Of a stretch of 64,000 nt of DNA, positions 37,942-51,077 are shown piece by piece. The notes beneath the pieces were generated by a model. That model saw nothing but the letters and a program-made list of their open reading frames with translations. It searched no databases and was not told the origin of the DNA. This stretch comes from Piedraia hortae CBS 480.64 (lineage: Eukaryota): NCBI GenBank assembly GCA_010093745.1, contig MU006014.1, positions 1 to 64,000 on the forward strand, written 5' to 3'. Within the stretch, counting starts at the first letter, position 1. Each line of letters opens with the position of its first letter. The position numbers and the translations under genes are program-made.

Positions 37942-38472
37942 ATGAAGAACTCATCATTCTATGCTCGTGTTTCCAACTTCGAGCATACCCAACAGCAAAT
38001 CTTTAGCCTCCCGTACGGCTACTTCGAGCACCACAGAATGGTAGAAAGGTTCCAGAAGTCACTTGGATTGCTTGACCTTGACTTCTATGGTCACTGGAAG
38101 AATCTTTGCGAGCGATTCGCCAGAATTCCCCAAGACTTCCACCACCGAGACGTGGACCTGTCCTCTGCGATTTGCCGGGAATCCCACGTTAACGAAATCG
38201 ACAGTACGGCAAAAGTCTTTGCCGATATTCAGAATACGATTGTGCACGACCAATGGGCTTTTGGCCACGACAACTCGGTCCTAGCAGAGATGGCATTCAA
38301 CTCCGCTGCAGTGAAGCTTCGAGAGGTACTTGAAACCCTCAAGGAGACCAATTCCAGTGTTACAGTCTATGAAGCAGCATATTCTAAAGCTCTGGACGAG
38401 CGGCTGGAAGAGATGGATCAGCTTGACGATATGATGGAGGTCCTGGGCCTTGAAGCAAGTCGAAAGACTTAG
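37942..38472 (+). CDS. Hypothetical helical protein (176 aa)
   Basis: ATG-initiated ORF with protein-like composition and a coiled-coil-like C-terminus; no family recognised. Confidence 0.4.
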   Translation: MKNSSFYARVSNFEHTQQQIFSLPYGYFEHHRMVERFQKSLGLLDLDFYGHWKNLCERFARIPQDFHHRDVDLSSAICRESHVNEIDSTAKVFADIQNTIVHDQWAFGHDNSVLAEMAFNSAAVKLREVLETLKETNSSVTVYEAAYSKALDERLEEMDQLDDMMEVLGLEASRKT

Positions 38473-40631
38473 ATTGAAGCCCTTGAAGAGGAACTTGTTA
38501 ACATACATATTCGTTGCTGAGGTGCTGCTCAATAAAACTGCTGAGCTTCTGCGTACATGAGCCTTCTTGTCTGCACCGAGGAAAGCGTCACAAAGCTTGA
38601 AGCTACCTAAGCTGGCGTGCAGAGGGAGGATGGGACGGCCGGCTTGCAAGAGAATATGGCCGCTTTGAAACTTGACCAAGAACATCAGATGGAGAAGAAA
38701 GACATGCTGATGGATACAGGCTTGATCGGCTCTCCCCGCTTTCGGATTAGACTCTTCAAACGGCTGCATGGGCAAAGGAAATTACGGTGATGAATAGTAC
38801 CTCATACAAAGACTTTGTCATGTTCCCGGCGCTTATATCGTGATTTCCACCTGAGGGTATGTGCAGTTAAGAGGCAAATAGATTGAACTGAAACAAGGGA
38901 AGATATCTTCTGAAGGTTGGGCCTGCGGAGGTGAAATACAGTCGTTCAATAGGAGTAAAATGCGTTCTCGTTTACATAAATTTTTACAGCTGAAGCACAC
39001 GTGAGCTCGAAAGGGCCTTAATATGAGGCGTTGGCCAGTGTCAATCCTTGCCAGTGCCTCGGCATGTCGATCGCATGATCGACATTGATGTTGTTGATAG
39101 ACTAGTTGTTTCTCGTACATAGTTCCGCCCGCCGGCTCGGGCGGGCAGTTGCGTTGTTGTCTTTCTTTCATCGCTGTTTCCTCTGTCTACATCCTTAATA
39201 ACTTCAACACAACGTCTAAATGATGTTCATATTGATATGAACTGCACCTCGACGAACATGTCCGATGCAAGGCCAAGAAACAGAAAATGCAGGATATAAG
39301 CGGCCAATGGCTTAGCAAGTTAGTCAATTGTGAGGCTAAAGACCACCTTTATTAGCCAAATCAGTGTACGATATGCGAGACTATATGAGAAATTGGCCCT
39401 CCGAATGGACGGAGAAAAATCCCGACCACATGACTTCTTACTGGCAATCCAAAGATTCGTATGTATGCCAGGCCCCAGTCCAGTTCTGGTTCGGACCCCA
39501 TAGCAAATGTTCAGCCTCCTCCGCTCTCGTGTGGATCCGACATTTGCACATAAAAAGCTTCAAGCGTCGCCCACCATGGTCACTTCTTTACCTTCTTTTG
39601 TACGGCTTAGTCGTACAATCCACCCTTGTTCACTCGTGTCTTTTATCCATTACGAACTCGCACTCCTTCACTGCCAGTCACACTCGCTGGTATACGAATC
39701 ACTGACGTTTTATCGGCATGCTAGAGCATATATGTCACAGGATGAGTGCCCCATGTTTGTTTTTGCTTCTTTTTTGTTGCAATTTAGGGCCTAGCTCGAC
39801 TCTAGAACCGCTGTCGGTTACTCGGGTGTCGATTTTGGCGCTTTACTTGCTTTCGCGCGTACAGTGCCAACCTTCCCGTAGCTTGCAGCGAGTCGTAACC
39901 ACCCAAGGGAGTTAGAGCCAGTTGATTCCTTAGGGCTTGTTAGGGTTGGGAAGGTTGAGTTCAAGGCAACCGGGTCTTGTTCAGGCTTACACAAGCTCCT
40001 ACATCATCCGGAGGGCCTGCCATATCTCTTTTGGCTTATTCGGATAGCCACAACTTAATAAGCACCAAAATCTTGTTCATTTCCAGCAATTTTGATATCG
40101 GCGACTTGTTGCGACCTTTTTTTCCAGTTGTCACAACTTGCCACGACGAAAGGTGCGAGTTGCTGCAAGTTGCAGGGGGATGAGCTGTGTAGGATAGACA
40201 GACTGTCACATACATTTTGTTTGTCGTTGTTATGAGTCCTCAACCATTTTTGTGACCGTGTATCGAGCTGCCACTTTGCGCCGTTCACTTTCGTTACCTA
40301 GAGTACGGCCCGTTTAGTGAATTTAGGAATGGAAAGTGACATGAAAGACAATGTTGTTGCTGTTACCTTTTTGCTAAGACTCTAGAGGAGATGAGGTTAC
40401 TGGTAACCCTAGCCCTATCGGGACTGGCTCCCGACTAACATCAACTGTAAGAGTCTCATTGTCTTCAATCGACTCATGCTAATGAAGTCAGAGCAAGTCA
40501 ATGCCCCTATTCTGTCTGGAAAGTAAAACTCAAAACAAATGCGTACAAGCCAAGATGGTGTTGCGAGGCTTTCCCGTCACTCCAAATAGGTACAAAACAG
40601 TGCACGAGCCAAGCGGCCTGTGCCTTGCCTC

Positions 40632-40990
40632 ATGCCAAGAGCCCCACCTTTTTATCGTGTCGTGTGGGCCCCGCTCTTATTTCCTTCTTCATTCAACCTC
40701 CACTGGCCGTGCCTTCGACGGGATCTTCGTGTGCAGGCTCGCGCTTGCACCGCCCGAGGGCCATGTCAGTTGTACTGCACCAGTTCTAACATGGTCCAAG
40801 TTCTAAGCGCGCACAATCTGCATGATAGCGTGGGCATAGACATCTACCCACCGCGGGTACGCGATAGTCGCGCGCCTGCCGACCCAGATCCATGGAACGA
40901 AGAAAATGGCCCGTAACCGTGACGAATGATCTGGTTACGAACGAGGAACAAGATATTTTACCGATCTGTTAAACCGGCAAAAAGATTTAC
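40632..40990 (+). repeat. Diverged dispersed repeat, copy B (copy A at 22028-22390)
   Basis: Same collinear blocks as copy A. Confidence 0.8.
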
Positions 40991-42232
40991 AATTAACCCA
41001 ATTGACAAGCATGTCGATGACAGGGTTAGATTTCTGGATAGGAATGCACGAGTCACAGACTGACGTTACTTCCCGCGTCATTACACCAACCAGCCGCCCT
41101 TCCATTACTGACACCGGTGGGAGGAAGCCGGTCCCATTCAGTTAACCATCCCTGATTGGGATGCTCATTCAAAGCCATGAAAACACATCCTTTGGCCTAC
41201 TGTACTCTAAGATTGTTCCGAAAAGCATGAGCCACACTGGCCATTTTAACTCCACTGTGTGAATTTGGACTGGAAAGACAAAGCCTACGGTGCTTCTTAA
41301 GGCTGAGATGGAATAAAGTGCCAAACGAGGCAACTTCTTCAGCCTTTTTCAGCAACATTTTATGGAGCCGAAACCCCCTAGACTCCGAAGAGGACTTTAG
41401 TAGAAAGACCTTCACAGCCCTTGCTACCACGTAAAGAGAACAGCATGGCGGGAAACGCAATAGCGGCCAAGAGACTATAAGCGCAAAGCTTTTGAAGAGG
41501 CACCTGGCATTGGGAACTGGTACAAGTCTCTCAGGAGTAACTACCACTGCGCACCAATTCCACTAGAACTATGCACAATCATGCAGGAGTTCCACTATCA
41601 CTTTGGAAGCCTCCGAACAACCTTCTTCGCCATCCCCAGGGACTTGCACCACAAAGCCATGAGCCACTAAACCTGAGCGCATCAACCTTGCACATAACTC
41701 CGTCTGCCATATCTAGCATCCGCTGCATCCAAGTACCTATAGGTGCATGAAGACCGGATCGGCGGTGCCAGTGGAGATTCTCTGTGTCTCGTGCCCGCTA
41801 TATCCAGGTTTGACTGTACCAGTCCGAAAGCTTCAGAAGTCCTCGCCATAATATGGACCACTGAGCCATGATCTGGTGTAACCACGCGTACATGCCAGCG
41901 ACAAGTGTAAGGCGATGTTGAGCACGAATGTGCGTTCAACGTTAGCCCCTGACTTCAAGCATTTTATTCTTCCCCGGGACTTGTACGACAAAAACGACCG
42001 GCCTTAGCGAGAATGTCCTTAAGGATGAAGAGTATGGTGTCAGAGGGTCGTCATATCTTGTGGGAGCCTCGCAAGTGTCGTGATCCTGGGGGTTTAGTGC
42101 AAGACTGAAAACCCACGGACTCGTATGCGGCGAATGGCTGTAGGGCGAGGGTTATACCTGGGGGTATACCTTGGAAGGCCCGAGGGGTCACGTTTACAGG
42201 ACCAAAGTCCCGGGGAATCTACAATCCCCGAT

Positions 42233-42413
42233 CTCAAGATCGACGCCCCAAAGTATATAATGCTGCGTCTGTGCCTTCCACGTCCTCAGAGCCGACGCAC
42301 CGTTATAGGGTGCATTTGTAGCCTTCAAGACCGATGCACCAAAGTATATAATGGTGTGGCTGTAGTCTCCTCAAGGCAGACGTCCCGACGTATATAACGA
42401 TGCGTCCGTGGTC
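42233..42413. repeat. Degenerate minisatellite, four ~40-55 bp units
   Basis: Consensus-like TCAAGA.CGA.GC.CCAAAGTATATAATG.TG.G.CTGT recurs four times, with indels. Confidence 0.7.
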
Positions 42414-43939
42414 TTGCGCGGACACAATTCCCACCGGCGTCACCTCAACGACCCTAGAGTCATGTGCACTTTTGGGTTTTCAGTTGGAGAAAGGGCATCC
42501 GTCTCGTCGAGGAGGAACAACCACGGCGTGTAGCTACAAGAAATGGTCCTGCCAAGTCCTCCCCATACAGTCGCCAGCTCCCCAAACGAGCCGCGGTCCC
42601 TGGTCCAGCATCAACCACGAGACCTTGGGCCATCAACCTCTGCCGCAATGCTGCCCAATATATCCGAGCTGAGAAGGTCACTCCCAAGAATTCCCATAGA
42701 GTTTCATGGAAGAGTATTGGAATTTGTGGCTCAACCTGGTATACCTCCTCCAGTCAGCAAACCCTCCAAGAAGGTTACAAAGTCAAGGGATGATAGGGCA
42801 CTCACGAGACTGGATGCTGGGGGGTGGGGAAAGGGTGACTTGCATTGTTGACTCGAGGGTTTGAACACTGTCGACTTTCTTCCAACACACGAAACATTGG
42901 ATCAGTTGCGACCGAAGTCGGTCGACAAACCGGAGAAGGATGATAGGCCCAGGCGTCAGACTACCAGACTAAACGTCTGGCCGCAGGAAAGCCGATCTGG
43001 AGAGGCGTGTTAAGAAATCTCCTCACCTTCCAAGTTCGTAATGTCACTTTGAGATTCGATTCGAGAAGAATATGAACGAGCAGCTCGCAAATGAGAGCAA
43101 GAAGTCGGCCACGACGCTGACCCGGGACAAGGCGGTGGCAGAAGCTGCAACGGCTTTTCATGGTGCAAAGCTAGAGGCTGTGATGAAGGATAGTGACGTG
43201 CAGATAAACAGAGCCGATGAATTACGCATTTAGCTGCGTACTGCTCCTTTGAGACAGCATTGCTTGTCTGGGACAGAACTGCTTTGTCGGAGCTTTGCCA
43301 TAGTGGTTTATAGGCCCCCAGATAGAGGTCATACTCTTGTGTTTTATGGTCTCCATCTCTATGTGCCCATCTGTTCTTCGGTTTCCTACGGTGCACTGAT
43401 GCGTTCATGGTGTGATATTAGCCCGTCTTTCCGGTGCCCTAGAGTAATGCCCAAAATTTTCTTCAGAATTCAACAACGCCTGTGTTTGGATCCATGGGAT
43501 CAAAGCCTTCTTCATGCGTGCAAAATTTCCAAAACTTCAAACTTAGATAGCGCCCCACAGCACTGTCATAACCTATCTTCTCAAGCGCAAATGTCCTGAC
43601 ATTTTGTTTCAGTGGCTCGCTCCCATCAGCAGCTTACCGTGTGTATTGGTAGACATAACACAATCTTATCATTAGCTATTGGAGTGTGCATGGCACATCT
43701 CATTTCGAAGCGTGAGCGAGATATCATCAAAGCTTACCAATCGACATTCATCCAAGGCGACTGAACGAAACACACGAAATTGACAAAATACCAGAAATAA
43801 AAAACCAATTCTCATACCCAACTACCTACAAGCCACAAAAAGAGCGGACGTACACCAAAGCATACCAAACCCCCAAACCGAAACCAAAACAAAATCCCAA
43901 AAGAAAAAAAAAAAAAAAAAACCCCTCGCGCGAGGCATC

Positions 43940-44776
43940 CTAACCCTTCTTCGCAAACTCCTTCAACTGCGCAAGCCCATGGAGATACACATCCGAATCC
44001 CCACCATACTTATTCGTATCCTTATTCTGCCAAATCGTCAACTGCTTCCACCCGCCAGGAAGCTTGGTCGGAGGATTTGATCCCCACGCCGCGAGCCAGA
44101 GCGGATTAGTCTTGCTAAACTCCGTCGATCCCTTCATGCACTGCGTCCACCAGCCTGGGCTAAAGTACAACACCGGATACCGCTTCGTGAGACGGTGGTA
44201 TTCATCCGAGAAGCGCTTAACCCAGGAGGGGGTAACGCCGTTACAGACGGAGTTGTTTACGCCCTCGAGATCGAGAGCGCCGGGGAGGGTTTTACCATCG
44301 GCGGACCATTTCCCGCCGTGGGCGACGAAGAATTGGGCTTGTTTGACGGGGTCTTCCTTTCCGTGAGCGAAGTGGTATGCGCCGCGGATGAAGCCGGCGG
44401 AGGTGGTTGACGTCCATTGTTTGGAGAAGGACGGGTTGTGGTAGGTGAGGCCCTCGGTGGCTTTGATGTAGACGAATCGCATGCCGCCTTTGCGGTAGGC
44501 GTTCGCCGCGTTGATGTTGGGTTGGTTGCCGGATATGTCCCACCCGAGCACGCGGGAGGAAGCAGCGCGCGTGGTTAGGTTGGAGGGGGAGGAGTCCTCG
44601 AGGGTGAGCGAGTCATCGTCATCGAAGGAGGGGACGTCATAGTCGGGTTCGTCGATGGAGGTGGCAACGCCTGCGTCGAGCTCGGTGAGGGAAGCGGTGG
44701 TGCCGTCCTCGGGGAAGGCAGCGGGTGCGGCGAGCGCGGTGGTCAAGGCCAATGCGGCGATGGTAAGATACTTCAT
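43940..44776 (-). CDS. Secreted GH25 (Chalaropsis-type) lysozyme / N,O-diacetylmuramidase
   Basis: Signal peptide and acidic propeptide, then GWDISGNQ, FVYIKATEG, IRGAYHFA, WSADGKTLPGALDLE (DxE), PLWLAAW, IWQ and GGDSD. Confidence 0.94.
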   Translation of the reverse strand: MKYLTIAALALTTALAAPAAFPEDGTTASLTELDAGVATSIDEPDYDVPSFDDDDSLTLEDSSPSNLTTRAASSRVLGWDISGNQPNINAANAYRKGGMRFVYIKATEGLTYHNPSFSKQWTSTTSAGFIRGAYHFAHGKEDPVKQAQFFVAHGGKWSADGKTLPGALDLEGVNNSVCNGVTPSWVKRFSDEYHRLTKRYPVLYFSPGWWTQCMKGSTEFSKTNPLWLAAWGSNPPTKLPGGWKQLTIWQNKDTNKYGGDSDVYLHGLAQLKEFAKKG

Positions 44777-45955
44777 TTTGAATGAGAGTAGAATGAGCGA
44801 TTGTTGAAAATATGTGGTTGTTGTGGAACTTGCTGCAGAAGTGAAGTTGCTGAGTGGATGAGAATTGAGAGAACAGGACGTGGTTTATATTCAACTTGGT
44901 CTCTTGGATGGATAGTTGCTGTGCTGCTGTCTGGCATCCTCCATGTCCAAATGAGGGAGATCTTGTTGGTGAAGCTTATTGGTGGTTGGTACCGAGAATC
45001 CACCATGGTTGAAGTTATTGTACTGACAGCCGCACGGGGTAGTAAGACTTTGCACTCGCGAAATGATGAACTCGTAACCAAGCGCCAGCGAATCGCATGT
45101 GTGGATTCTCCCCAACAGCCCAACTCATACCAATCCTCCAGCGAAATCGAGTTATGTTGGCATCACACTCCGCACAGGAATCTCCACCAACATTGCGAAC
45201 TAAGGAGCCTTTCATATGAACTCATGTAACGTCCAAGGTAACACTAACTTGAGCCTCAGCCTTGTCAGGAACAGCAGGAAGCGGATCCGCTTGAAAATAG
45301 CAAAGTGCCAAGGTGGCACCAGCCTTGGAAGGAACAGGCACTCTCACATGTATACAGCACAGCCGGTAAACAAACAGGCGTGGTAGGTTCGTCGGGTGGA
45401 CGAGTTGGGGTTCATTTGGGTCTGCATTCCATTGGGCGTTGGGAAAAGCTTAACGTGTGCGCGGTTGAACGTAGACATCCCTACACAAAGCGAGAAAGGT
45501 CAACATGCTCATCGCAGTAGCAACTTCTACATAAGGCAGTGCACGATCAATCTCTTCGTGGGTAGATGTTCATCCTCATCAAGGCCCGTAGTTGGCAGCT
45601 GGCCTTGCATCCACTCGGACGGTTAGGCGCATTGAGCCGAGCGCGGAGTGGAGGGGATGGTGGTATTTAGATGCGTGTGTTAGTCACGTTGTCAACAAGA
45701 AGATCGAGGTTAATGGTCGCGTGGTGAGGAGGCTAGTGGTCTGTCCTTCGTGTTGCGGGGAATATGGGATACTCGATCTGAGTGGACGGCTTCATCGTCG
45801 TCTTCTTCACAGTCGGCTTAGATGTAAGATCCTGCACCGCCGCTACGGCGGTCAGCTGGATATCCTCTCCGGCCCATCCATCGCGCGTTACATAACTGTG
45901 GTTGCGGCTCCGCCTCCACGGATAACGGTCGCGAAACCCCACCCCCACCACCCCA

Positions 45956-46714
45956 ATGGCCAACTCCAGCTACGCCTACGTCCGCGCCTTCGAGTCCCCC
46001 GACTCTTTACCGTTAGGCAACATAATCGCGATCCGCCTGGACGGGCGGGGCTTCACGTCCCTCACCAAAAAATACCACTTCACCAAACCCAACGACGCGC
46101 GAGCGTTGAATCTAATGAACAGCTGCGCGGCCTCCCTCCTGCGCAGTATCCCCGAAATCGCACTCGCGTATGGCCAGAGCGACGAATACACCTTCATCTT
46201 CCATGAGGATACAACCCTCTTCGGGCGACGTTCCTCAAAACTAGTCTCTACCGTCGTCTCGACATTCACTGCAGAGTATTGTCTACAATGGAAAGTTTTC
46301 TTCCCGGATAGGGAGTTGGAACGCCCATTCCCGACGTTTGATGGAAGGAGTGTTTGTTATCCGAAGAGGAAGGTTTTGAGGGACGCGTTGGCGTGGAGAC
46401 AGGTGGATTGTCATGTTAATAATCTTTATAATACGGTTTTTTGGAGTTTGGTGCTTAGGGGGAAAAGGACAAATAGGGAGGCGGAGGAGGAGTTGAAGGG
46501 AAGTGATTCTGCGAAGAAGAATGAGATTTTGTTTAGGGAGTTTGGGGTTAATTATAATAATGAGCCTCAGATGTTTAGGAAGGGGACGACGGTTTACAGG
46601 GAGAAGAGGGAAAAAGGGAAGAAGGGGGAGATGGTGTTCTATCATGGGGATATCATTCAGGATGGGTTTTGGGATGAACATCCGGAGATACTGGCGGGGG
46701 TGTATGAGGAGTAG
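45956..46714 (+). CDS. THG1: tRNA(His) guanylyltransferase
   Basis: MANS.Y.YVR.FE, RLDGRGF, FTKPND.RAL, AYGQSDEY, PTFDGR, WRQVDCHVNNLYNT and KNEILF..FGVNYNNEP..FRKGT. Confidence 0.96.
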   Translation: MANSSYAYVRAFESPDSLPLGNIIAIRLDGRGFTSLTKKYHFTKPNDARALNLMNSCAASLLRSIPEIALAYGQSDEYTFIFHEDTTLFGRRSSKLVSTVVSTFTAEYCLQWKVFFPDRELERPFPTFDGRSVCYPKRKVLRDALAWRQVDCHVNNLYNTVFWSLVLRGKRTNREAEEELKGSDSAKKNEILFREFGVNYNNEPQMFRKGTTVYREKREKGKKGEMVFYHGDIIQDGFWDEHPEILAGVYEE

Positions 46715-47373
46715 TGTAGAGCATGAGGATAACTGACCTTCATGCGAATTGGCTGTCTGCAGGATGCTTTTTCTCAGTGTCATGTGTCCAGTCTCGCCGC
46801 TTCGTCTCCACGCGGCGGGGAGGATGTCATCGCGGGGTAGTAATACAGACAAATATCCAGAAGCCCAGCATGCAGTCGTACAGCCGCCTGCCTCACTTCC
46901 CCGTAACGTCATCTTCTCGGCATCGGCCGAGCAACAAACGAAAGAGTCACAAGCCGCGGATCAAGGACTTCCAGTCACGAGGCAGGAATACCCGCTCGTT
47001 CGCCCGTTGAACCCTTAAACGGGCAAGTCAAACCCCAGGGTTCAGAATTACACCGAGCTCCGCGCACGCGCACCAATCACATGGCCACACTCCTGCGTCG
47101 AAGGTTATGCGGGGTGCAACTGCGCCAGAAGCTTAATGAACCTTGGGCAAAGACGCCAACCTCTGCTTTTTGCAAAGCAATTCGAAGTATGTACATCCTG
47201 CCGAGGCCTCCATGTGGATAGTCTTCGTTCAGCGTCATATGTACTGTTTACTATGCACGCTCGTAGTCGTCAAAGCGTTCAATCCTTTCTCATACTCCCA
47301 TACCGTCATGCAACAACACTCCGTATTACATAAAGCGGTTCTGCTTGACCCCAAGTCCCAGAAGTTGGAACCA

Positions 47374-48949
47374 TTATAAGCAAATGTCCGCGTCCTTGGC
47401 CGCATTAGACGGATAGAGTATACTTGGTAGGCCGTTTTCAAGCGTGATGGAGAGATCTCCGTTATAGTCCGTGGTATAAGTTTTGCAGGTGAGGAGGTCC
47501 TTAAGTTGCTGGCTCGATGACCAGCCCGTCGACGAAGAACGAAGGGTGATGTAAAAGCTGTTTCCGGAGCCATGGTTTCCAAAGATGGAGATGACGGTCT
47601 TATCCGAAGAGCCCTTTCTAAGTGCAAAGCAATGGTCGTCCGAGTAGACGACTGTCGACTTGCGGCTGACGTATTCCACGTCCTTGCCGATAATATGGTT
47701 GCGAATCCAGTTCAGCTTGGAAATGTACTGGTAGAGGGGCGCATTCGTGTTGTAGCCAGACAACCACAGCGCCTCACGATTGTTGGGGGTGTTGGAGCCA
47801 GAGAAGCCCTGCTCTTGGCCCTGATAGACGATGGGGATGCCGTCATTCATGAAAATGTACGTCAACGCGCTCTTGGTCAAACCTTCATCCTTGGTGATGG
47901 ATGCAAAGCGTGGCACGTCGTGATTCTCCATAAAGTTGGCCATCAGCGTTGTGTCCTTGCACGAGCCTTTTAGCCAGCTCAAGCCATCGACAAGCTCTTT
48001 GAGGCTTGTGGTTGTCGAGCTGAAAAGGTTTTTGATCCAGAAATACGACGCATAATTGAGAATACCAGGCATCACGTCCTGATACGGACAGATCACCGCA
48101 GGGCTACCATGATACACCTCACCAACAGCATACACACCAGATGATGACACAAACGACGGATAAAAGTCCTTGTTCACCTCCATGGCGCTGTCGATGCGAA
48201 GGCCGTCGACTTGAGAGCAAATGTTAGCAAAAGGCTTCCTCGGATAGCAAAAACTTACTGTTGTATTTGCTCACAAAATTCGTGACCCACTCGCCCCACA
48301 ATCTCGCCACAGTCACTTCTTCAGTTCTAAGATCTGGAAGGGACACGATCTGATCGCCGAGCCAACAGTCTTCTACACTTGTCTGGTTAGTGTAGTTGAT
48401 GCTGCAGTAATTGTGAAAGAAGGATTTCTTGTTAAAAGGACGAAACTTGTTGTACTGGACCTGATCCGGACCGCCGTTCCAGCCCATATGGTTCACCACA
48501 ATGTCGACCATGAGGTACATTCCCCGGGAATGCAGAGCAGAAGACAATGCGTTGAGGTCGTCAGCGGAGCCAAAATGGTGGTTGAGAGAGGTGAAATCCG
48601 AAGCCCAGTACCCATGATACGCCTCGCCATAGGCTGTTAGCTCATCCAAGTTGCTTACTACCGGGGATATCCACACCTATCAGGATGGTCAGTGACGACA
48701 GCAATGGCTACTTGGATGCTGGAAGCTTACGGCAGTAAAGCCCATATCTTGGATATAGTCCAGCTTGCTGATCAGACCCTGCCAAGACCCTCCGCAGTAG
48801 TTTTGGAGGTTACATGTTGCCGTCGTAGAGCCGCTGTTCAGGGCAAATCGATCCGTGAGCACTTGGTATATCGCTTGGGATCGCCATTGTGAAGGCGTAA
48901 GGGCTAGCACGCCTGTAGCGAATAGAGAAAGGAGTCGTAATTGCTGCAT
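47374..48949 (-). CDS. Secreted alpha-amylase (GH13, Taka-amylase-like), 3 exons
   Basis: Exons 48949-48731, 48676-48259 and 48209-47374. Signal peptide, [27 protein letters not shown] and catalytic GLRIDS / GEV / ENHD. Confidence 0.93.
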
Positions 48950-50282
48950 AACGAGATAAGGATTTGCTTTTTGCCAGGCGTCATCCAGGACACATCACCA
49001 GTATCAGAACTTCGAGGAGGACCGGACGCATGCGGCATTATGTTCACTTTGGATCACTGTCCTTTCGGAGCGCCGGTGCATTGTATCAGATGACAAAAGA
49101 AATACCGTGGCTTGATCTTCCTGGTCCGGGGGCTCAATGGCAACCACAACATGGAAGCAAGCGCCACTATTCAGAAGCCGCCGAATAATCTCCCAGGGGT
49201 GGTCGAGCATTGTGTTTACGTGGTCGAATCGAAGAGCCCGTTACATGCACCGACTAGGCGGTTAAGCTTCTTTTTTGTTCCCTTGTGACTCGTGGTAGAC
49301 ACCCTGGTTTCTGCCGGAGGTACACCTACACGGAGCTTCGGCCGCATTTTGCTCATGTGATGGCTTGACAAGATGTGGGAGGATTTGTGCAATTTGGCTG
49401 TTTAGCATGCCGTGGCTGTTGTGGTGAAGCCTGCAGGGCACGACTTCTCTGCTTGACTGACACATGGCATTCTGCTTTTTGGGTCTGGACAATGAACATG
49501 TGCTTTGGCTAGTCTCTTGGCTGACAGTGGGGTGCCCAATGGCCGAGATGAGCCAGCACTTACCGCGACTCTATTGGAGGCGGTCTAGAACGAACTCGAT
49601 TGGGCCTTGGAAAACTCATTGTTCCTCTCAAAGCAAGGAGGCATGGCGCTACGTAATTGGACCGTCTTGTTCGAGGTCAGGCGGAATGATCCGCTAGCGT
49701 GTCGTTGGAGACAGCGGTGACCCTTGGAAGGTTGGCAGCCGCGCGGCTGTCAAGCAAGACGTGGCCGCTTGCATGCACGTTCGCTGCCCTATTGTCCGCA
49801 TGCAGCGGACAATTCTTTGAGCCGAATCTTTCCGGATGCCTTCGTCCATATGTTACTCCTATAGCAATTTGTCAACTTGGAGCGTCTATCAGCCCCAGCA
49901 ATTTGCCTACCTGTAGCCTGCAGCACGTCTCAACCTATAGCGTCCAAAGTTGTCAGCCGCATATCATCAAACATAGTGGGGGAGTGCGTCAGAGTGGCGT
50001 GCTGCAGTAAGAGGTGGACGCCGAGGTCCAGCTACGGCGTTGCCGTGGATCTCGAGACACCCCGATGAAGCCAAGCCGAGGGTGCATCATATCTGCCGGC
50101 AGCAGAGTCACTGGGACTCTCCCGCACGTAGCTTAGCCTGTAGTGTAACATCTGAGGGTTAAGTGGCGCTACTTCGTGCTACAGTCACGACAAGCATGTG
50201 TTTTTGACGCGAACCAAGCTCGCTATAAGACAGAGCATGGAAACGGTAACTGCAGTATAGAACTATCTAACGTTCCTCAGCT

Positions 50283-51077
50283 TCATGCAGACTTTGCACT
50301 CAAAATTGCGTCCTGGTCGGCCTTATTCATTGTTGCCCGCACAGCGTTCGGCCCACCGAGCTCCTTTTCCAGACCGCCCGCAAAGATGCGCGGCACTGCA
50401 GGCTGTCGACGTGTTAGCTGGTAATGAGCTCAACGGCAGAGTGAGCTTACCGTGTCCGGATAGACCCCTTTGACCAGAACGCAGACGCCCAGTACAGTTG
50501 CAGCAAACGTACCAACCAGCACCGCGCCCCACTGAGGGGTGAAATGGGTGTAAGCTTCGGGCGAGAATATGCCAAGAATGTCATTGTCCTCGTGCACGGG
50601 CTCTCCGTAGTTGCGGCGTTCCTGAGGATCCCACCATTCGCCGTAGGGATCGCGAAACTGCCTCTTCATGGGGAGGTTGGTCATTCTCGACGGATCAGGA
50701 TAGCCTCCATTCTGCAGATATGTTAGCAGTAGACCCCGATCAATGCATCCATGATTGCCTACCATGTTGGGGTCAACATCCGGCGGGAGGGGCCCGGGAT
50801 ATTCGTAGTTGTGATCATCTGCGTCCTCTACCATCTTTTGTTTCGATGTAGCCTTCGCCGAACCTTCGGCATTGTCCTGCTCGTTGGCCTGTAGAGCTTC
50901 GTTCGCCTCGTCCAGCATGCGCCCGCCATCCAGGGGATTCCTCACAGCCACAGGCCTAACCGCCGACGTAGACATGTGGGCGCCATTTTGTGCATGACTA
51001 ACAGTATGGGACTGGCCCAAGAACCTGGATGGCTGCGCTCGCGGCAGCAGACGACAGGCGGCGCGGATGGCGGCCAT
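50283..51077 (-). CDS. NDUFB8: NADH:ubiquinone oxidoreductase accessory subunit B8 (ASHI/20.1 kDa), 3 exons
   Basis: Mitochondrial presequence-like N-terminus, DPNM|NGGYP, KRQFRDPYGEWWDPQERRNYGEPVHEDNDIL, one TM helix and PAVPR..GLEKELGG. Introns 50762-50712 and 50450-50403. Confidence 0.9.

Noticed and set aside
42233..42413. CRISPR-like array
   Set aside because: Units are degenerate and adjacent, with no unique spacers and no cas genes; the context is eukaryotic.
43940..48949. Secreted-hydrolase gene cluster (GH25 + amylase)
   Set aside because: Unrelated substrates, THG1 lies in between, and there is no evidence of co-regulation.
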